Under the pieces are notes generated by a model. That model ran no database searches. It had not been told where the DNA came from and worked only from the letters and a program-made list of their open reading frames with translations. The position numbers and the translations under genes are program-made. DNA of 64,000 nt. It comes from Antedon mediterranea. Its lineage: Eukaryota; Animalia; Echinodermata. The stretch's first letter is position 1. Each line of letters starts with the position of its first letter. Below, one piece after another: positions 37,201 to 64,000 of this stretch. The stretch spans positions 3,254,201 through 3,318,200 of the forward strand of contig NC_092679.1 of assembly GCF_964355755.1 (NCBI RefSeq), given 5' to 3'.

Positions 37201-39629
37201 GTGGTCCAGTAATACCCAGCATCTAAATTAAAGCAAAGATTGAAAAATTCAATTTTATAACTTGATTCACAATTTATAGTGGACATTAGTAATGGATGTC
37301 AACATTAGTAAGATGTTTTAATCACACACACGGATGTGGCTAGAGAAGTAAAGAGACTGGTGGGTGTGTCAAACACCAAAGGGTGGTTGGAAAAAATCCA
37401 GATGTTTGAGTGAGTGCTATCTTGAAATTAGAATGGGTGGAAGACCTTAAATAAGATTTAGTGACTGGATAAGAATTACATCCATGATATAGAGATGGAT
37501 AGGCAGATCCAAGAGGGAACCTAAGCCCCTCTAAATTGACAATGCAAAAGCCTATAGGACATTATGTTCAGTTTAGCATATCATACCATTTTTAGGCTCC
37601 CATTTCATGCCACTGAGTACCAATGACTTAAAAGACCTGTTGTTTTTGTTGTTGTAGGATTACAATTAAGCATAAATTAAATTTAATAAACCTGATATCA
37701 AATTTTCTTGAGCCTGGTAGTAGCAAAAGTGGTCTTTCTATGTATTTCTGAATAACATATGAAAACGATTGTGCATCGATGAAGCTTAGTAATTCTTCTG
37801 GATTGTCTGACACAAACAGACCTTTGCCTAAAAAAAGAAAATTTACTATTCAATTTAGCAACATCTGAGACGAAAATAATTAAATTGATTGTTGTTTCAG
37901 AGAACATTAAAATGAAGTTCACATACTGCACTAGAACATTATGTTTTAAAATTGGTGGATGGGAGAGAGGACTGACTGATGGGGAAGAGAAAAAAAAAGA
38001 AGACAGGATGGCTTTGTGTTTATCATTTTATCCAGGAATGTAGGCTACTTGGTAATTTCTTTCAGACCTTTTGCTCCGGCGCTTGATTTCCCTATCCACA
38101 GAGAACCTTTTCCATTTTCTTTCATTTCCTTGTGAACTCTAATGAATTCCTCTCTTTCATCTTGCCTCTGTCTATGAGCCATCATCAACTTCTCTTTGAT
38201 GCCAAGAGGTTTACTGTCGTCCGATTTCTCCTCCATTCTTGAGTGGATCACGAAAGTGGCTGGATACCAATTGCGGCTGCAGACATACTGCTCGTCCAAT
38301 TCAACTCCGTCAAAATTTGTATGCAGTAATTTCTCATGTTCAGAGTGCTCTTGTGTTTTAGGCTCATGTTGTTCATGTGTGTCTATCTCATGCTGCTCAT
38401 GTTCAGAGTGCTCTTGTGTTTTAGGCTCATATTGTTCATGTGTGTCTATCTCATGCTGCTCATGTTCAGAGTGCTCTTGTGTTTTATGCTCATGTTGTTC
38501 ATGTGTGTCTATCTCATGCTGCTCATGATCTTCAGTATCACTTGGTTTCCGCTCTAATGGACTACGTTCTTGCTCATGTAAATGACATGAGCAAGAAGAC
38601 CTCAATGTTTTTGTTAGTTGTACTTTTCTGCATATAAGTCCATTTCCTCGATAATAGTTGACAGCTTGTAAAAGTCCTGGTTCGTGCCCTGTTTGATGAA
38701 TTTAAAAATCATTAAAAAGTCTGATAACCAAGTAAACGTTCATTGTCAAAATGATATCCCCTAAATTGTACTTGGCGCGTCACAGAGCAATTAGTAATTC
38801 GTGGACCTACAGTGGGTGAGTGGCCGAGCGGTTAAGACAGTGGAAACGTAATCACGTAGCCATAACATCGGCAGGGGTTCGAGGCTCACTCACTCCATGG
38901 TTCTGGTGGTAGAACGAGTCTTCTCGGATAAGGACTATAAACCGTAGGTCCAGTGTACACAACTTGCTCTTGTGCACTTTAAAGAACCTAGTACATCTTT
39001 CGAGACGAGTAGGGGGTTACCCCGGTGTATTAGTACATCACAGCCACTGATCACCAACTGGGCCCTCTGGGAGATCAGTCTTTGACTGAAGAGGTCACCC
39101 AGTATAAAGATAAAACAAACAAACAATTATCATATCAAGGTGAAGGTTTAATCATGGAGGTATAATACCTACTAGTATATAATAATTATATATTATCTAT
39201 ATTTCTTCCAAAACGATTACATTTTTGGAAATCTGAGCAATTAATGTCTGAATGCAGAGTTAGTTAACCACCAACAAATAGGAGAGGCTGCCTTGTATTG
39301 GTTGGATGAGAGGTAGCATTTAATTTAGTATGCTCTAAATGCATTACTGTAGGCTACAGAGGGCCTAACCAAACAATGATAATGATACTGTAGTGGTTAA
39401 TACAAATAATAATTCGTACTTGTTGTAGGCCTACTAACTATCTATCTAGCCTATAATACTTACCAAGTGTACCAAACTTAAGTCCATTCCTTTCCCCCAA
39501 CATTAAATTAAACTTTGGTGTGTTTTTATTCTTAGCCTTGGTCCATATAGCACTTTCTAATAGTAACTCAGATACTGCAGCATATACAGTACTTTCATCG
39601 TCTCTAACAACAAATATTAAGTTCGCCAT
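31260..39629 (-). CDS. TTL: Tubulin--tyrosine ligase
   Basis: Eight GT-AG exons in frame: 39629-39464 ([15 protein letters not shown]...FNLMLGERN), 38688-38068 ([14 protein letters not shown]...[11 protein letters not shown]), 37827-37692 ([20 protein letters not shown]), 37222-37090 (WVLLDH...EGVLRTSS...HITNHCIQ), 36755-36688 ([10 protein letters not shown]), 36244-36151, 32292-32174 (FQLFGFDF..D....[12 protein letters not shown]), 31365-31260 (stop TGA). Collinear with vertebrate TTL. Confidence 0.96.
31490..31650. mobile_element. PIF/Harbinger-like MITE (TIR AGCTCTGTCTACACTATCAAAC)
   Basis: TIRs at both ends. Further family copies at 36351-36492, 40268-40358, 42365-42503, 45673-45790, 47958-48415, 50043-50100 (partial) and 58841-58977. 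Confidence 0.8.
32374..35476. mobile_element. Non-autonomous Helentron (HINE)-like element, outer copy
   Basis: Starts AACTAGA, then hairpin aattcgtca-ctt-tgacgaatt, then ataggtgatcatttt. Ends with the same motif as a palindrome taggtgatcattt...aaatgatcaccta, then AAT. Internal degenerate repeats. Confidence 0.65.
33921..35420. mobile_element. Related HINE-like element nested in the outer copy
   Basis: AACTAGA, then gaactcgtca-ctt-tgacgagttc, then gggttatccgc. Ends ggttatcctgcaac-taa-gttgcggataacc-AAT. The body is alignable by eye to 32374-33920. Confidence 0.65.
35565..35855 (-). mobile_element. tRNA-derived SINE with Deu/Nin-like central domain
   Basis: Reverse complement of the family at 38812-39126 and 48059-48370. 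Confidence 0.85.
35868..36051. mobile_element. MITE, Tc1/mariner-like (CAGT ends, next to a TA run)
   Basis: 20-bp TIR cagtcaactctcccaatacc / ggtattgggagagttgactg. Confidence 0.75.
36351..36492. mobile_element. PIF/Harbinger-like MITE
   Basis: agctctgcctatactatcaaac ... gtttgatagtgtagacagagct. Confidence 0.8.
38331..38528 (-). repeat. Coding 63-bp tandem repeat (~3 copies, 21-aa His/Glu-rich unit) within TTL exon 2
   Basis: ctcatgttcagagtgctcttgtg recurs at 38333, 38396 and 38459. Translates as ([11 protein letters not shown][H/Y]E[H/P]KTQEHSE)x3. Confidence 0.92.
38812..39126 (+). mobile_element. Full-length tRNA-derived SINE with Deu/Nin-like domain
   Basis: A box TGGCCGAGCGG and B box GGTTCGAGGC. 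Central tctcggataaggactataaaccgtaggtcc...aaagaacc...tttcgagacgagtagggggttaccccggtgt resembles the recalled DeuSINE domain. (AAAC)n tail. Confidence 0.85.
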
Positions 39630-39807
39630 TTTATCTTAAAATCATACTCAAAACAACCGCTTTCTTCCAATCACCACAACAAACATTACGTCATTACCCT
39701 CTAGTCTCATTGAAGCAAAGTACATAAAACATACCGTATTGGTACGTTCACAATGGTTGACTTTTCAGCCATAGTACGTCTGTATCATAGCCTAAACACA
39801 GACGTAC

Positions 39808-39919
39808 ACAACTTTGTTAACTTAGGGGGTTAATATGATTACTGAATGCTGATTGGATAGTAGACAACTTTGTTAACTTAGGGGGTTAATATGATTTCTG
39901 AATGCTGATTGGATAGTAG
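39808..39919. repeat. 56-bp tandem duplication upstream of TTL, each copy with a CCAAT box
   Basis: acaactttgttaacttagggggttaatatgatt(a/t)ctgaatgctgattggatagtag x2. Confidence 0.85.
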
Positions 39920-40267
39920 CCCACTTAAAGATACATTGTCCTAAACATCATTTTCTTTAAATTTTCTGTTGAATATGCTATTTTGATGTTCCATAATAGG
40001 TATTCACTGTGACTGAAAATTGGATCGGGGAAACAATGATTTACCTGAAAATCTGTAATTAAATGCAGAAAATAGTCAAATTGGCTGCCAGAGCAAATGG
40101 GGTTTTTGGTTGAATATGTCTTTTTCATAAGCAAAAACATTTAAATTTTGTGTTTGTTTTATTTTCTTTAGAAGTGATTAACTTTTATCAAAACTACAAA
40201 ATGACCTATTACAAATCTGATTTATGATTTTGGGGGACAATACATCTTTAATAATTAGTTCTTAAGG

Positions 40268-40358
40268 TCTGTCTACACTATCAAACTATTTTGACCTCAT
40301 CATGTTCTGGGCACATCACATTTTTTGCCACATAAAGTTTGATAGTGTAGACAGAGCT
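40268..40358. mobile_element. Short PIF/Harbinger-like MITE
   Basis: tctgtctacactatcaaact ... agtttgatagtgtagacaga. Confidence 0.75.
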
Positions 40359-41123
40359 TTAAAATATTTACACATATGAATAAGTTTTCCCTCCATGGAA
40401 TGAACAAATAAAACAATCAAAGACATGAAAAATATTTAATTATTGTTTTGATACAAAATTTTGATTACAACTTTTAATTTCATTTCCCTTTCCCACATGG
40501 TTTTACAAATAGTATTGAGTAACTTGCCAATCTCAACAGTGGCAAAATATCTACAGACACTTTATACAGTAAGAAGTAGGTACAGAATACATTGCCACGA
40601 TATAAGTATTTACTTAACAAATGACGACAACAGTGGCAATAATACTTTAACATTAATATCATAAAAACAATATAAATTGTAATAGTAATCATAATGATAA
40701 ATAAAAATAAACAATGATATATTAATAATAAAAAATAACAATATTAAAATAATCTTAAACAAAACATTGATCAAATTCGCCTTTATCTTCCTCCAGCATT
40801 TAAATCAAAAATATACATTAGGAATGTTACTGGCATAGTTTAACAATATATTTTAATATAATATTCTAAAATAAAAATTCACACAATATCAACATTTATC
40901 TATGTTTCTTCTCTATACATATTTAAAAAAAATATTGTATGCATTTTAACAAAACTTAAAAAATAATTGTTTAAAATGCGATGTAGATTTAAATTACAGA
41001 AAAATATTTAAAAAATGTGCAAATCATGATTAGTTATCATGAATACTGCAGTATGTAATTTTAAAATCATACTGGATTGAATTACATTAAATTATCAAAA
41101 TCAGCATGTTAGATAAAGGTTTT

Positions 41124-41324
41124 TAGAAATCAGGTTGCAATCGACACTGTCCCTTTAATTTGTAATATTAAAGTTTATGGAAAAGTATTAGAAATGGGTA
41201 GATCAACACTGTCCCTTTAATTTGTATTATTTAAGTTTACAGAAGAGTATTAGAAATGGGCAGAGCAACAATGTCCCTTTAATTTATAATATTTAAGTTT
41301 AAGGAAGAGTATTAGAAATGGGTA
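41124..41324. repeat. ~61-bp tandem repeat, ~3 copies
   Basis: cactgtccctttaatttgtaatattaaagttta...agtattagaaatggg repeated. Confidence 0.8.
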
Positions 41325-42027
41325 AATGCTGGAATGTTATTAAATAGATAAAAAGTTAGAAAACATCGAAAGACAGATTTACAAGAAAAACTGGTGTCGC
41401 CTTATTAAGTGTACCATAAATTGTCAAATTTAAGGTACACGAAAATAAAGATTTCTGTAACTATGAATATGAATAATAATAAAAATCAGCGAAAATTAAA
41501 AACCCAATAAAACAATTATTTTAGCAGGAAATTTTTTATACATAAATTTACTTTCTTTCACTATTCTGTACCTATGTCATAGTTATTCTTTTGCAGCCTA
41601 GAAATGTATTATTAGTATGCATACATGTACATTTTAAAATCCTGAGCTAAGCATACTGTGATTGGCTGTAAAATCTAGTATATAGTAAATATGAAGAAGA
41701 AATTTAACGCCTTTTTACCAACAATTGGGAACACAAATATTTATAATATTTAATTAGCTTCGCATATTCTTTCTGGCCGTTTCAATTCATCACTTTTTCC
41801 AGTTATTTTTCATTTTGATTTATAATATTTATTTAATAAATATGATATGTGATATTTCTTAATTTGGGGTTTGCAATACAAACCCTTATTAGCCCGCCCA
41901 AATTGCATTTCCATGGAAATCAGAGAATTTCCTTATTTTAGGAAAGGAATACTATGAAGGATGAGACGATAATACATTTTTATAATATCTACCTGTGTAT
42001 ACACTTTCATAGTGGACCTTTTGGTAA

Positions 42028-42342
42028 TCATAATAATAATAATAATAGTTCATTCTTATATAGCGCATATAAGCAAGCTCTCAATGCGCTGAACATTATT
42101 ACCCCAGTCATTTTTGTTGTTGATCAAAGACGTATGGAAACATGCTTCCATAATCCAGCTAGTAATCAGCGCAAAGTTTGGTCTTGATCTAACCGGGTAC
42201 CCATTTATACACCTGGGTGGAGAGAGGCAAACGTAAGTAAAGTATCTTGCTTACGGATACAAGCAATGTGGCGAGAGTTGGATTCGAACCTCGGTCTCAC
42301 GATCAGTAGTCCAACGTCCAAAACACTGCGCCACACGCCCTC
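42028..42342 (-). mobile_element. tRNA-derived CORE-type SINE
   Basis: Minus strand: A box tggcgcagtg, B box ggttcgaatcc, CORE-like gcaagatactttac..tgcctctctccacccaggtgtataaatgggtacc, tail gcgctatataagaa..(TTA)n. Confidence 0.75.
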
Positions 42343-42364
42343 AAAATAATCATAAATATAGTAA

Positions 42365-42503
42365 AGCTTTGTCTACACTTTCAAACTTTATGTGACAAAA
42401 ATGATGTCCCAAAATATGGACATGATGATGTCATATCCCTACAAAATGTGGGCACATCACTACCATATTTGGTCACTACTAGTATGATAGTATAGACAGA
42501 GCT
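42365..42503. mobile_element. PIF/Harbinger-like MITE
   Basis: agctttgtctacactttcaaac ... gatagtatagacagagct. Confidence 0.7.
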
Positions 42504-43032
42504 TAATGTTCCTGAACATCCTCAAAAGGTATTTACAATTTGTTTTTATCAGTAATAAATTAGTTGGATAACGACACAGAATGTTCATTAAATTAAACCC
42601 TACATAACTATCTTTGGCTAGTTTTGTTTTCCTTCAAGGTTGATATATATTATACTTTCGACCCACTTTTTGGTGGAAAATCCCCAAAAATGTTTTTGAT
42701 AATAAAGTGGTTAACTTTCTCAAATTGGACACTTAATAACAATTTTGAAAAAACAGGACATATTAGTTACCGGAATAAAGCGCTTTCTGGTAGTGGGATA
42801 GAGGTTATTTATACTTTGCAATATATTTAATGTAACAATCAAGCTATGTACTGTAGGTATAACCTGTTCTTTGTTGTTATTATTGCTATTTTTTTGCATT
42901 TTTATTTCCATATTAGGCATAATATATGGTGTATCACCAAGTGTCCAATAATTACATTTTAAAATATAGCTTCATATATTGGATCACAGTCGACATGCTT
43001 CCAGATATTATCATGAAGCATGTACATGTTTC

Positions 43033-43265
43033 TGTTGATATAAAGTTTGCGGTACACCACGTATATTAGTTCTGAAAAGAACTGTTGAGTTTCTTGACGT
43101 TTCGCTCAATATGCCTTGATCGTCCTCAGGAGTGTTTATTTTGATCATTCTCACTCCTGAGGACGATCAAAGCATATTGAGCGAAACGTCGAGATACTCA
43201 ACAGACGTGGTGTGCCGCAAACTTTATATCAACATTTGATTTCGCCATGCAAACCATCAAACAAA
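43033..43265. mobile_element. Penelope-like pLTR remnant in inverted (palindromic) arrangement
   Basis: Arms 43033-43134 and 43152-43234 are imperfect reverse complements, and each contains a minimal hammerhead core. Confidence 0.7.
43152..43193 (+). ncRNA. Minimal hammerhead ribozyme (mirror copy on the minus strand at ~43093-43134)
   Basis: ctc-CTGAGGA-c-gatcaa-agcata-ttgagc-GAAA-C-GTC-gag: short stem I ctc/gag, stem II with one mismatch, GAAACGTC minimal stem III typical of PLE hammerheads. Confidence 0.7.
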
Positions 43266-44221
43266 TGTGTTTCTGCACAAACAATGCATCTTCTATTTGA
43301 CATTGTGTCTGTGAAACGGTGACACGGATTGGAACAAGACCGTAAATTCACGTGAAGGGTGCGGCAATCAGGCCGCTACATCATTGTGTGATCAACGGCG
43401 ATGTATTGGTACTAATTTATACATTGAGATATACTGTCTCGCCAATTTAAAATTCGGTATATGTATAAACTGAAAAAACAGCCAGTTTACTTTCACATAA
43501 TATAATTATAATTATCAGACTACAATAAACTGCTTTGTAAGTAAGCAACAGCATTGCTGAAAGTACAATAATTTAAAAACAGAATTCTAAATACTGTTTC
43601 TGACGATCTACTTATAAAACGTTGATATGGAATGGTGTTTGTCTTGGTAAATATTATTTTCCTCTCATAACTTTTGACTTCGTACAAAATCATGAGACAA
43701 ACATTGGAAGATTGTCTACTAAAAATATTAAGTTACCAACAATTTATTAACATTATTATAATTTATTTATTCTTTATTTCATTTATTTATAATAGACTTG
43801 CATTACAAATACTTGTATAAATTTATAAACATGATAAATGTAAACTTTTCTGTTGAATTCCTCAGCCTAAGAAACACAGAAATACTGGTAATGATTTGAC
43901 ACAAACAGACGTTCTAACCCTCAATTTTGGGCGTTTACATTTACCGGCACCAATGTTTATTTGCGCGTTTGCGCCTTCTAAACTAAAATACCTTGAAAAA
44001 ATCAGTATTTCAACGTGTACCAGTGGTGCACTGTGATATTCTAGCAACTAAAAGGATAGAATTATGTATTAGACAGAAATAACCTCTACAAAATTACGAA
44101 AGTGGGTTTAAACCAATATTGTTTTAATATTTGGGAGATCGGGAGTTTGGATTAAATTTTGGGAGGCTCCTGGAAATATCTGGAGGGTTGGAACGTCTGC
44201 GTAAATCGTCATAGCCCATCA

Positions 44222-60965
<16,744 letters not shown>

Positions 60966-61419
60966 TCAGACTTTGATATCTTCATTAAATTCAGCTTTTA
61001 CTTTATTCTATTTATAATCCCGATTTGAAAGGTAACGAATGAATAATAATTTAGTATGTAATATAGGCAATTGCCTTCCAATAACTGGATATAATATTTC
61101 CATTTAAATAAAATACCTAGCCCCTACGTACCCAACAACAAAGTAATTCAGCTGAACAAAGTGACGGGAGATCAACGCCTATCCATCGTCGTAGTAGTGC
61201 AAGGCTTCTTTCTAGCGATCATATTTTCTAGGCTAGAACAATTACGTGTCAAAAATACAGCATAAATGATAGTTAACTACTACAAAGGTATACACATATA
61301 ACGTATTTTCCAAAGCACATACGAATATATAACACTTAATAAATAAAGCCCGAGTAGAACGATGTTGAAAAAGCACAACAATAGCAAAATAAAATCGAAT
61401 TTATGGACAGGTCTTTTTT

Positions 61420-61700
61420 ATCTACCTTGGCTTGTCCCCGAACTTCAGTCATTTCGACTCGGCGGCGAGATAGCGGAGTTTAGCAGCACTAGCGCTTCGT
61501 TTGACAATGTACTTTGACCCCGCCGAGTCGAGCGAGCGAAAAAAAATATAATAAGAATCTACAAAATGACGTATTACTGCGCATGTGTATACATCGTATA
61601 GAGATGGTTCTGCTAGCTATTGAGTTGTGATAACTTCTCCATGCGACAACAAATCACGGACTCAGTTCAGTAGTAGCACATTTTATTCCACCAGAATTAC
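61420..61700 (-). promoter_or_regulatory. Candidate promoter / 5' non-coding exon of the MLK gene
   Basis: Locally CpG-rich island upstream of the ATG, a possible donor CCAAG|gtaga at ~61425, a CRE-like TGACGT (61567) and an NRF1-like ctgcgcatgtg (~61577). Confidence 0.35.
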
Positions 61701-62066
61701 ACTGCAGCGGAGAGTTTTGTTCTTCAAATAAATATCATACCATATATTTTCCTGAAAGTGGATTGTTTGGTTAAAAAATTCAGTCATTAACATACTCCAA
61801 AATTATATTCAACATTACTAATGTAATCAAACTCCCTCACTATCTACTACATCATGCATTTTTTGATTGATTTTGGACTAGAATTAAAATAAATATTTGT
61901 TCACCGGCATTGGTTTATTACAATTCTGAATTTACAATTTTTAGAAAGTTTTTCAGTTTGAGAAAAAAAAAGTGGTTGAAAGGTGCTCGTGGAACCTTTC
62001 ATAACTTGATAACTGTCATTATCAATGGAGACACAACTTAGGAATTAATTCTGGTATCTTCGGTAG

Positions 62067-63780
62067 TTTATTTATTTATTTATTTGGAATTACACCTTTA
62101 GATCGGTGGCACACTTAGCACAAAGGTGCATCCTTCACAATATAAAATATAACAATTAACAGAAAAGTAAAAAAAGGCAAAAGCAACTATCAACCCCTAT
62201 CCTACCCCCCCCCCCCCCCCAATTTACATCGATACATACAGTAGATCATTACTTTACACAATGAATACAAAACAAGATATAGTAAAAGTGTATAAAATAA
62301 AATAAAATCAGCTGATAAACACAGCTTATTACGAAAAACCCCCAACTCCTCCCTCCCCCCTCCCACTTTTTTTTCAATTTACTTAATGTAGCAATGTAGA
62401 TAACATAGTTATTGAGTCATGGAATTCAGTGAATCATTTCGAAATTGCCATGCTTGTTTTAGGTATCTTTTACAAAAACTATCTAAAATATTTTCACACT
62501 CTTCATCAATTAAATTATCTGAGTATCCCAAAATATATTTAAGTTTGTCATTTTCAGGAGAAGTATAAAAAGTATCAAACATATCTTTGCTGCCATTTCT
62601 ATACATATCCACATATAAATTAAATAATTCCTGATTACGTATATTATTTAAAGCTGGACAATTAAGGATGAAATGATGGATGTCTTCGTCCGAATTTGTA
62701 CCGCACAATTTACATTTTTTATTATTATCAATATTCCAATTTGCAGTTCTATCATTCAAAGGTAGAGTATTTGAACGAGCTTTAAATTTTAATGCAGCAC
62801 CTTCAAAATTAGTTTTATCAATTAAGTAATTTTCAAGTCCAGGTTTTGATTTTAATGTTTCATAGATGTGGAGACTTGATTTATTTTGTAATTCAATTCT
62901 CCATTCATCTATCATTATATAGTTAAGTTTTCTTAAGATTTCAGAAATTGGAAAGTAGACTTCTTTATAATTTGAGAGAGTGGTGAAAATATTTTTGGAT
63001 TCACAATTACACTTCAAGAGAATATCGTTTATACAAGATAGAAACTTATACCTTAAGTCTTTAAATTCACAATTAAGTTGTAGCATTCCAATAAACATAA
63101 TTTTTGGCCATCGATAGTTTTCCATCTTTATAATTCTATGGAAGTATTTCATACGAAGAGCGTTATGAATCTCGTTAATTGGAGACCAGCCAAGCTCTCC
63201 ATATAAGGCGGCACAAGGTGTATTTCGAGGTGCTTTTAAGATATAACGTGCCATTTGGAGCTGGAGACGCTCTAGTTTATCTATATCTATTCTACTTAAA
63301 GAGCACCATACTGAACAACCATAGTTGATAGATGGGAGAACTATCGATCTCCACAGAGTATCCCCATAATATACTCTGTTAAAGTTATCAAAGCTACTGA
63401 TAATTGATTTAACGTACGCTATTAATCTTTGACCTTTTTTTATAACATTCTCAATTTGTATATGGTCATTTAATTTACGAGAAATATGTACACCGAGATA
63501 TTTATATGATTCAGTTTCAGATATAAAGCCATTACCTAATTTCCATTGTCTTACTTTATCAACACGTTTACCAGTTATCAGTATATTTGACTTTTCAAAA
63601 TTAAAGCATAATTTCCATTCCTTAGCAAAATTTCCTGCAAGGTCTAACATTCTTTTCATTTCCAGTTCATTGTTAGCTAATAATACAATATCATCAGCCC
63701 AAAAAAGGCTACCCATCCATGTATCATTTATTCTAATACCTATATCCTTGGATCTTAACATTTTGGTAAACTCATTTAGT
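62067..63780 (-). mobile_element. 5'-truncated non-LTR retrotransposon (LINE, tentatively RTE-X-like)
   Basis: ORF 63761-62409 has the RT core WADD, YKYLG, TPCAALYGELGW and a C-terminal CxxC..E..HF...C knuckle. It is followed by a G-rich 3' UTR and an (AAAT)n tail at ~62067-62085. RT similarity stops at ~63780. Confidence 0.9.
62409..63761 (-). CDS. LINE ORF2 C-terminal part (reverse transcriptase thumb and Zn-knuckle region), uninterrupted 450 aa
   Basis: SLFWADDIVLL, FNFEKS, SYKYLGV, CKLC..EDIHHFILNC. Confidence 0.85.
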   Translation of the reverse strand: MLRSKDIGIRINDTWMGSLFWADDIVLLANNELEMKRMLDLAGNFAKEWKLCFNFEKSNILITGKRVDKVRQWKLGNGFISETESYKYLGVHISRKLNDHIQIENVIKKGQRLIAYVKSIISSFDNFNRVYYGDTLWRSIVLPSINYGCSVWCSLSRIDIDKLERLQLQMARYILKAPRNTPCAALYGELGWSPINEIHNALRMKYFHRIIKMENYRWPKIMFIGMLQLNCEFKDLRYKFLSCINDILLKCNCESKNIFTTLSNYKEVYFPISEILRKLNYIMIDEWRIELQNKSSLHIYETLKSKPGLENYLIDKTNFEGAALKFKARSNTLPLNDRTANWNIDNNKKCKLCGTNSDEDIHHFILNCPALNNIRNQELFNLYVDMYRNGSKDMFDTFYTSPENDKLKYILGYSDNLIDEECENILDSFCKRYLKQAWQFRNDSLNSMTQ

Positions 63781-64000
63781 GTATTCTGCCTGTATCAAAG
63801 AATGTGTACATCATGTTTTCTTTCCATGGGGGCGCTGTGTAGAATCTGTACGTCATATAAAAGATAGTGTACATCTTTGGTCATATCAAAGATATACTTT
63901 CCAAGATCTTTGGTCAAATTTTCTCCCGTCATGGGGGCGCTGTATAGACCTCAAACAAAATGGTATCGATTGTTATTTTTGTTTTATGAAAATTTAATCT

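Noticed and set aside
38196-38637. Cys-rich (metallothionein-like) and hydrophobic ORFs on the plus strand
   Set aside because: These are antisense-frame shadows of the TTL His/Glu repeat.
38812-38900. tRNA genes at SINE heads (also ~42270-42342 and 48059-48140)
   Set aside because: A/B boxes are present but there is no complete cloverleaf, and each continues into a SINE body and tail.
63779-64000. Inverted 5' continuation of the LINE ORF
   Set aside because: No RT motifs in any frame. The segment has its own direct repeat (catgggggcgctgt x2) and is probably a different repeat cut by the window edge.

Overview
AT-rich, intron-containing invertebrate (metazoan) genomic DNA, not prokaryotic. 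The Deu/Nin-type SINEs and the gene structures fit a marine invertebrate such as an echinoderm, but the species cannot be determined. Three spliced genes are present: the 3' part of cytosolic HSP90 (+, ends MEEVD), a complete tubulin-tyrosine ligase TTL (-) carrying an unusual ~100-aa His/Glu-rich repeat insert, and a complete mixed-lineage kinase MAP3K9/10/11-like gene (-). Between HSP90 and TTL is a ~26-kb repeat block. A hairpin-rich tandem repeat (A) flanks a ~22-kb satellite (B, ~41 monomers of ~480/575 bp with higher-order structure). Satellite B carries an 11-6-11 palindrome whose asymmetric spacer occurs in both orientations. The block ends in a fold-back junction with a 5'-truncated Penelope-like GIY-YIG fragment followed by a well-formed hammerhead ribozyme. 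A second, inverted pair of minimal hammerheads lies at ~43.1 kb. Introns contain nested Helentron-like elements, Deu- and CORE-type SINEs, several MITE families and clustered AP-1 and KLF/RUNX-like motifs. A 5'-truncated LINE ends the window. Exon boundaries were read by hand from GT-AG junctions and frame continuity. Family assignments rest on recalled motifs, not on searches.
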